A DNA stretch of 63,229 bases, filler included, from Asterionella formosa (lineage: Eukaryota), in assembly GCA_002256025.1 (NCBI GenBank). It is 25 parts of 25 records of this genome, joined end to end, with 100 filler letters (N's around TTAATTAATTAA, not from the genome) between each part and the next. Parts side by side here need not be neighbours in the genome. Positions count along the whole stretch, not along the records: positions 62,129 to 63,229 come from NKIB01004328.1; 24 more parts are not named here. The stretch is one strand, 5' to 3'. How positions within the stretch are numbered: the stretch's first letter is position 1; each line of letters starts with the position of its first letter. A program made the position numbers and the translations under genes. Of this stretch, positions 62,129-63,229 are shown piece by piece. The notes below the pieces were generated by a model. That model was given only the letters and a program-made list of their open reading frames with translations. It was not told the DNA's origin and made no database searches.

Positions 62129-63229
62129 TCCTTGAAAGGCAGCAACAAGACCCAAAGGGGCGAATAAAAGAGCAAAATTTGAGATTAGAAAGTCATTAAA
62201 TGTGAAGCCTTGGTAGTTGAAAAGTACATAAGCACCCCACCACATTTGAAGGGCATTGACCCACTGTTGAATAAACATGGAAGACCCATATGCAGATCCA
62301 GCAACAAAACTAGCACGAATGTAATTTGGAGATTCACGGTCAAGGGCATCCTCGTAGTTCTTAAAGCGGCTCTTTTCGAGTGTCAAAGCAGACACTGTCC
62401 GGACATTGAGCAATGTCTCTACAGCAATGCCTCCTGAACTATTTAGTTCATCTGGCTTGCTGCTGTTGGAGGATTCATCCTCACCAAGCATAATCTTCAT
62501 TTCCATAGAGGTAGCAAATCCCATTAAAGGAATACATGCCATTGCAATGAGTGCAATGGGCCACATAAAAATAAAGCTCACAACCACACCTGTAATAATC
62601 GAAGTCATGGCGATCAAGAAACTTCGAATTGGCTCTCCGGAAAATGAATGAATATGGGCCGTATCAGTCTGCAACTCACTGGTGATATCGCCGACGCTTC
62701 GCTTGTCAAAGAAACCGACTTCCTGACGGATGAGTGCAGAAAAAGCAGAATCACGAACACGCTTGTTCATTCGTTCGCTAGCCATTCCAAATCCCCATAC
62801 TGCTAACATGTTGCCTAAGATACAGCCAAATGCAACGACAAGCCAGTATTCAGCAAGTTCAAATGATTGCTGTCTCATATCGTGGGCGATGTACTGCCAG
62901 TATTCCTCACAAGTGTTGAAGGCGTTAGCAGCAAGAAATTCAGCAGTGCAATCGAACACAGGACGAAACAGTAGATCAATCGTTTCAGCAAAGAGGATAC
63001 CCCAGCTTGGGAACACCCCACCAGCCATGATAGCACCAATGGCACCAAGAAACATGAATGTTACATCTGGCTTGGACATCGCCCTTGCACGTGTAATGCT
63101 AAATGCTTTTTGTTCAAGCTCTTCAAGTTCAGCCTCAAAATCAGGTTTTTCCGCATCATCGCCATCATCAGCCGACTTGTCATCCATTCTTTTCTTGAGA
63201 GATTGGTTTTCAGTGTTAGCACCTCTGCT
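62129..63229 (-). CDS. ABCB (MDR/P-glycoprotein) transporter, linker + second transmembrane domain, partial
   Basis: LGAIGAIMAGGVFP, ASERMNKRVRDSAFSALIRQEVGFFD, IAVETLLNVRTVSAL, ALQMWWGA. Confidence 0.92.

Overview
Eukaryotic nuclear DNA, most likely from a diatom (inferred from intron style, a plastid-targeting-like motif, a PGRL1-like gene and diatom-style copia elements). The window is not one locus. It is 25 contigs joined by 24 artificial 100-bp linkers (N44-TTAATTAATTAA-N44): 23 contigs of about 1.1 kb and two of about 17.7 kb (3613-21343 and 25056-42787). Neighbourhood across linkers is therefore meaningless. Complete genes: ferric reductase/NOX-family protein, glutaminyl-tRNA synthetase, PSTAIRE CDK, a TPM/MOLO1-TM-RING protein, a WW-domain protein, two convergent pyruvate kinases, a small TPR-like membrane protein and a 2OG-Fe(II) oxygenase. 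Partial genes: CAP, heme peroxidase, class II aldolase, PGRL1 (broken), a TPR protein and an ABCB transporter. Several Ty1/copia fragments are present. The most notable unannotated signal is a pair of repeat families that both begin with CATCTA. One appears as a complete element of about 3 kb (26945-29983) with terminal inverted repeats, a putative 2-bp target duplication, a copy-number-variable 22-bp array and what looks like a captured LRR gene fragment. Other points of interest: a CysRS-like C-terminal tail on GlnRS, an Asp-substituted RING, and pervasive GGTACC/ACCGGT mosaics between genes. All family assignments come from motif recognition by eye; no searches were run.
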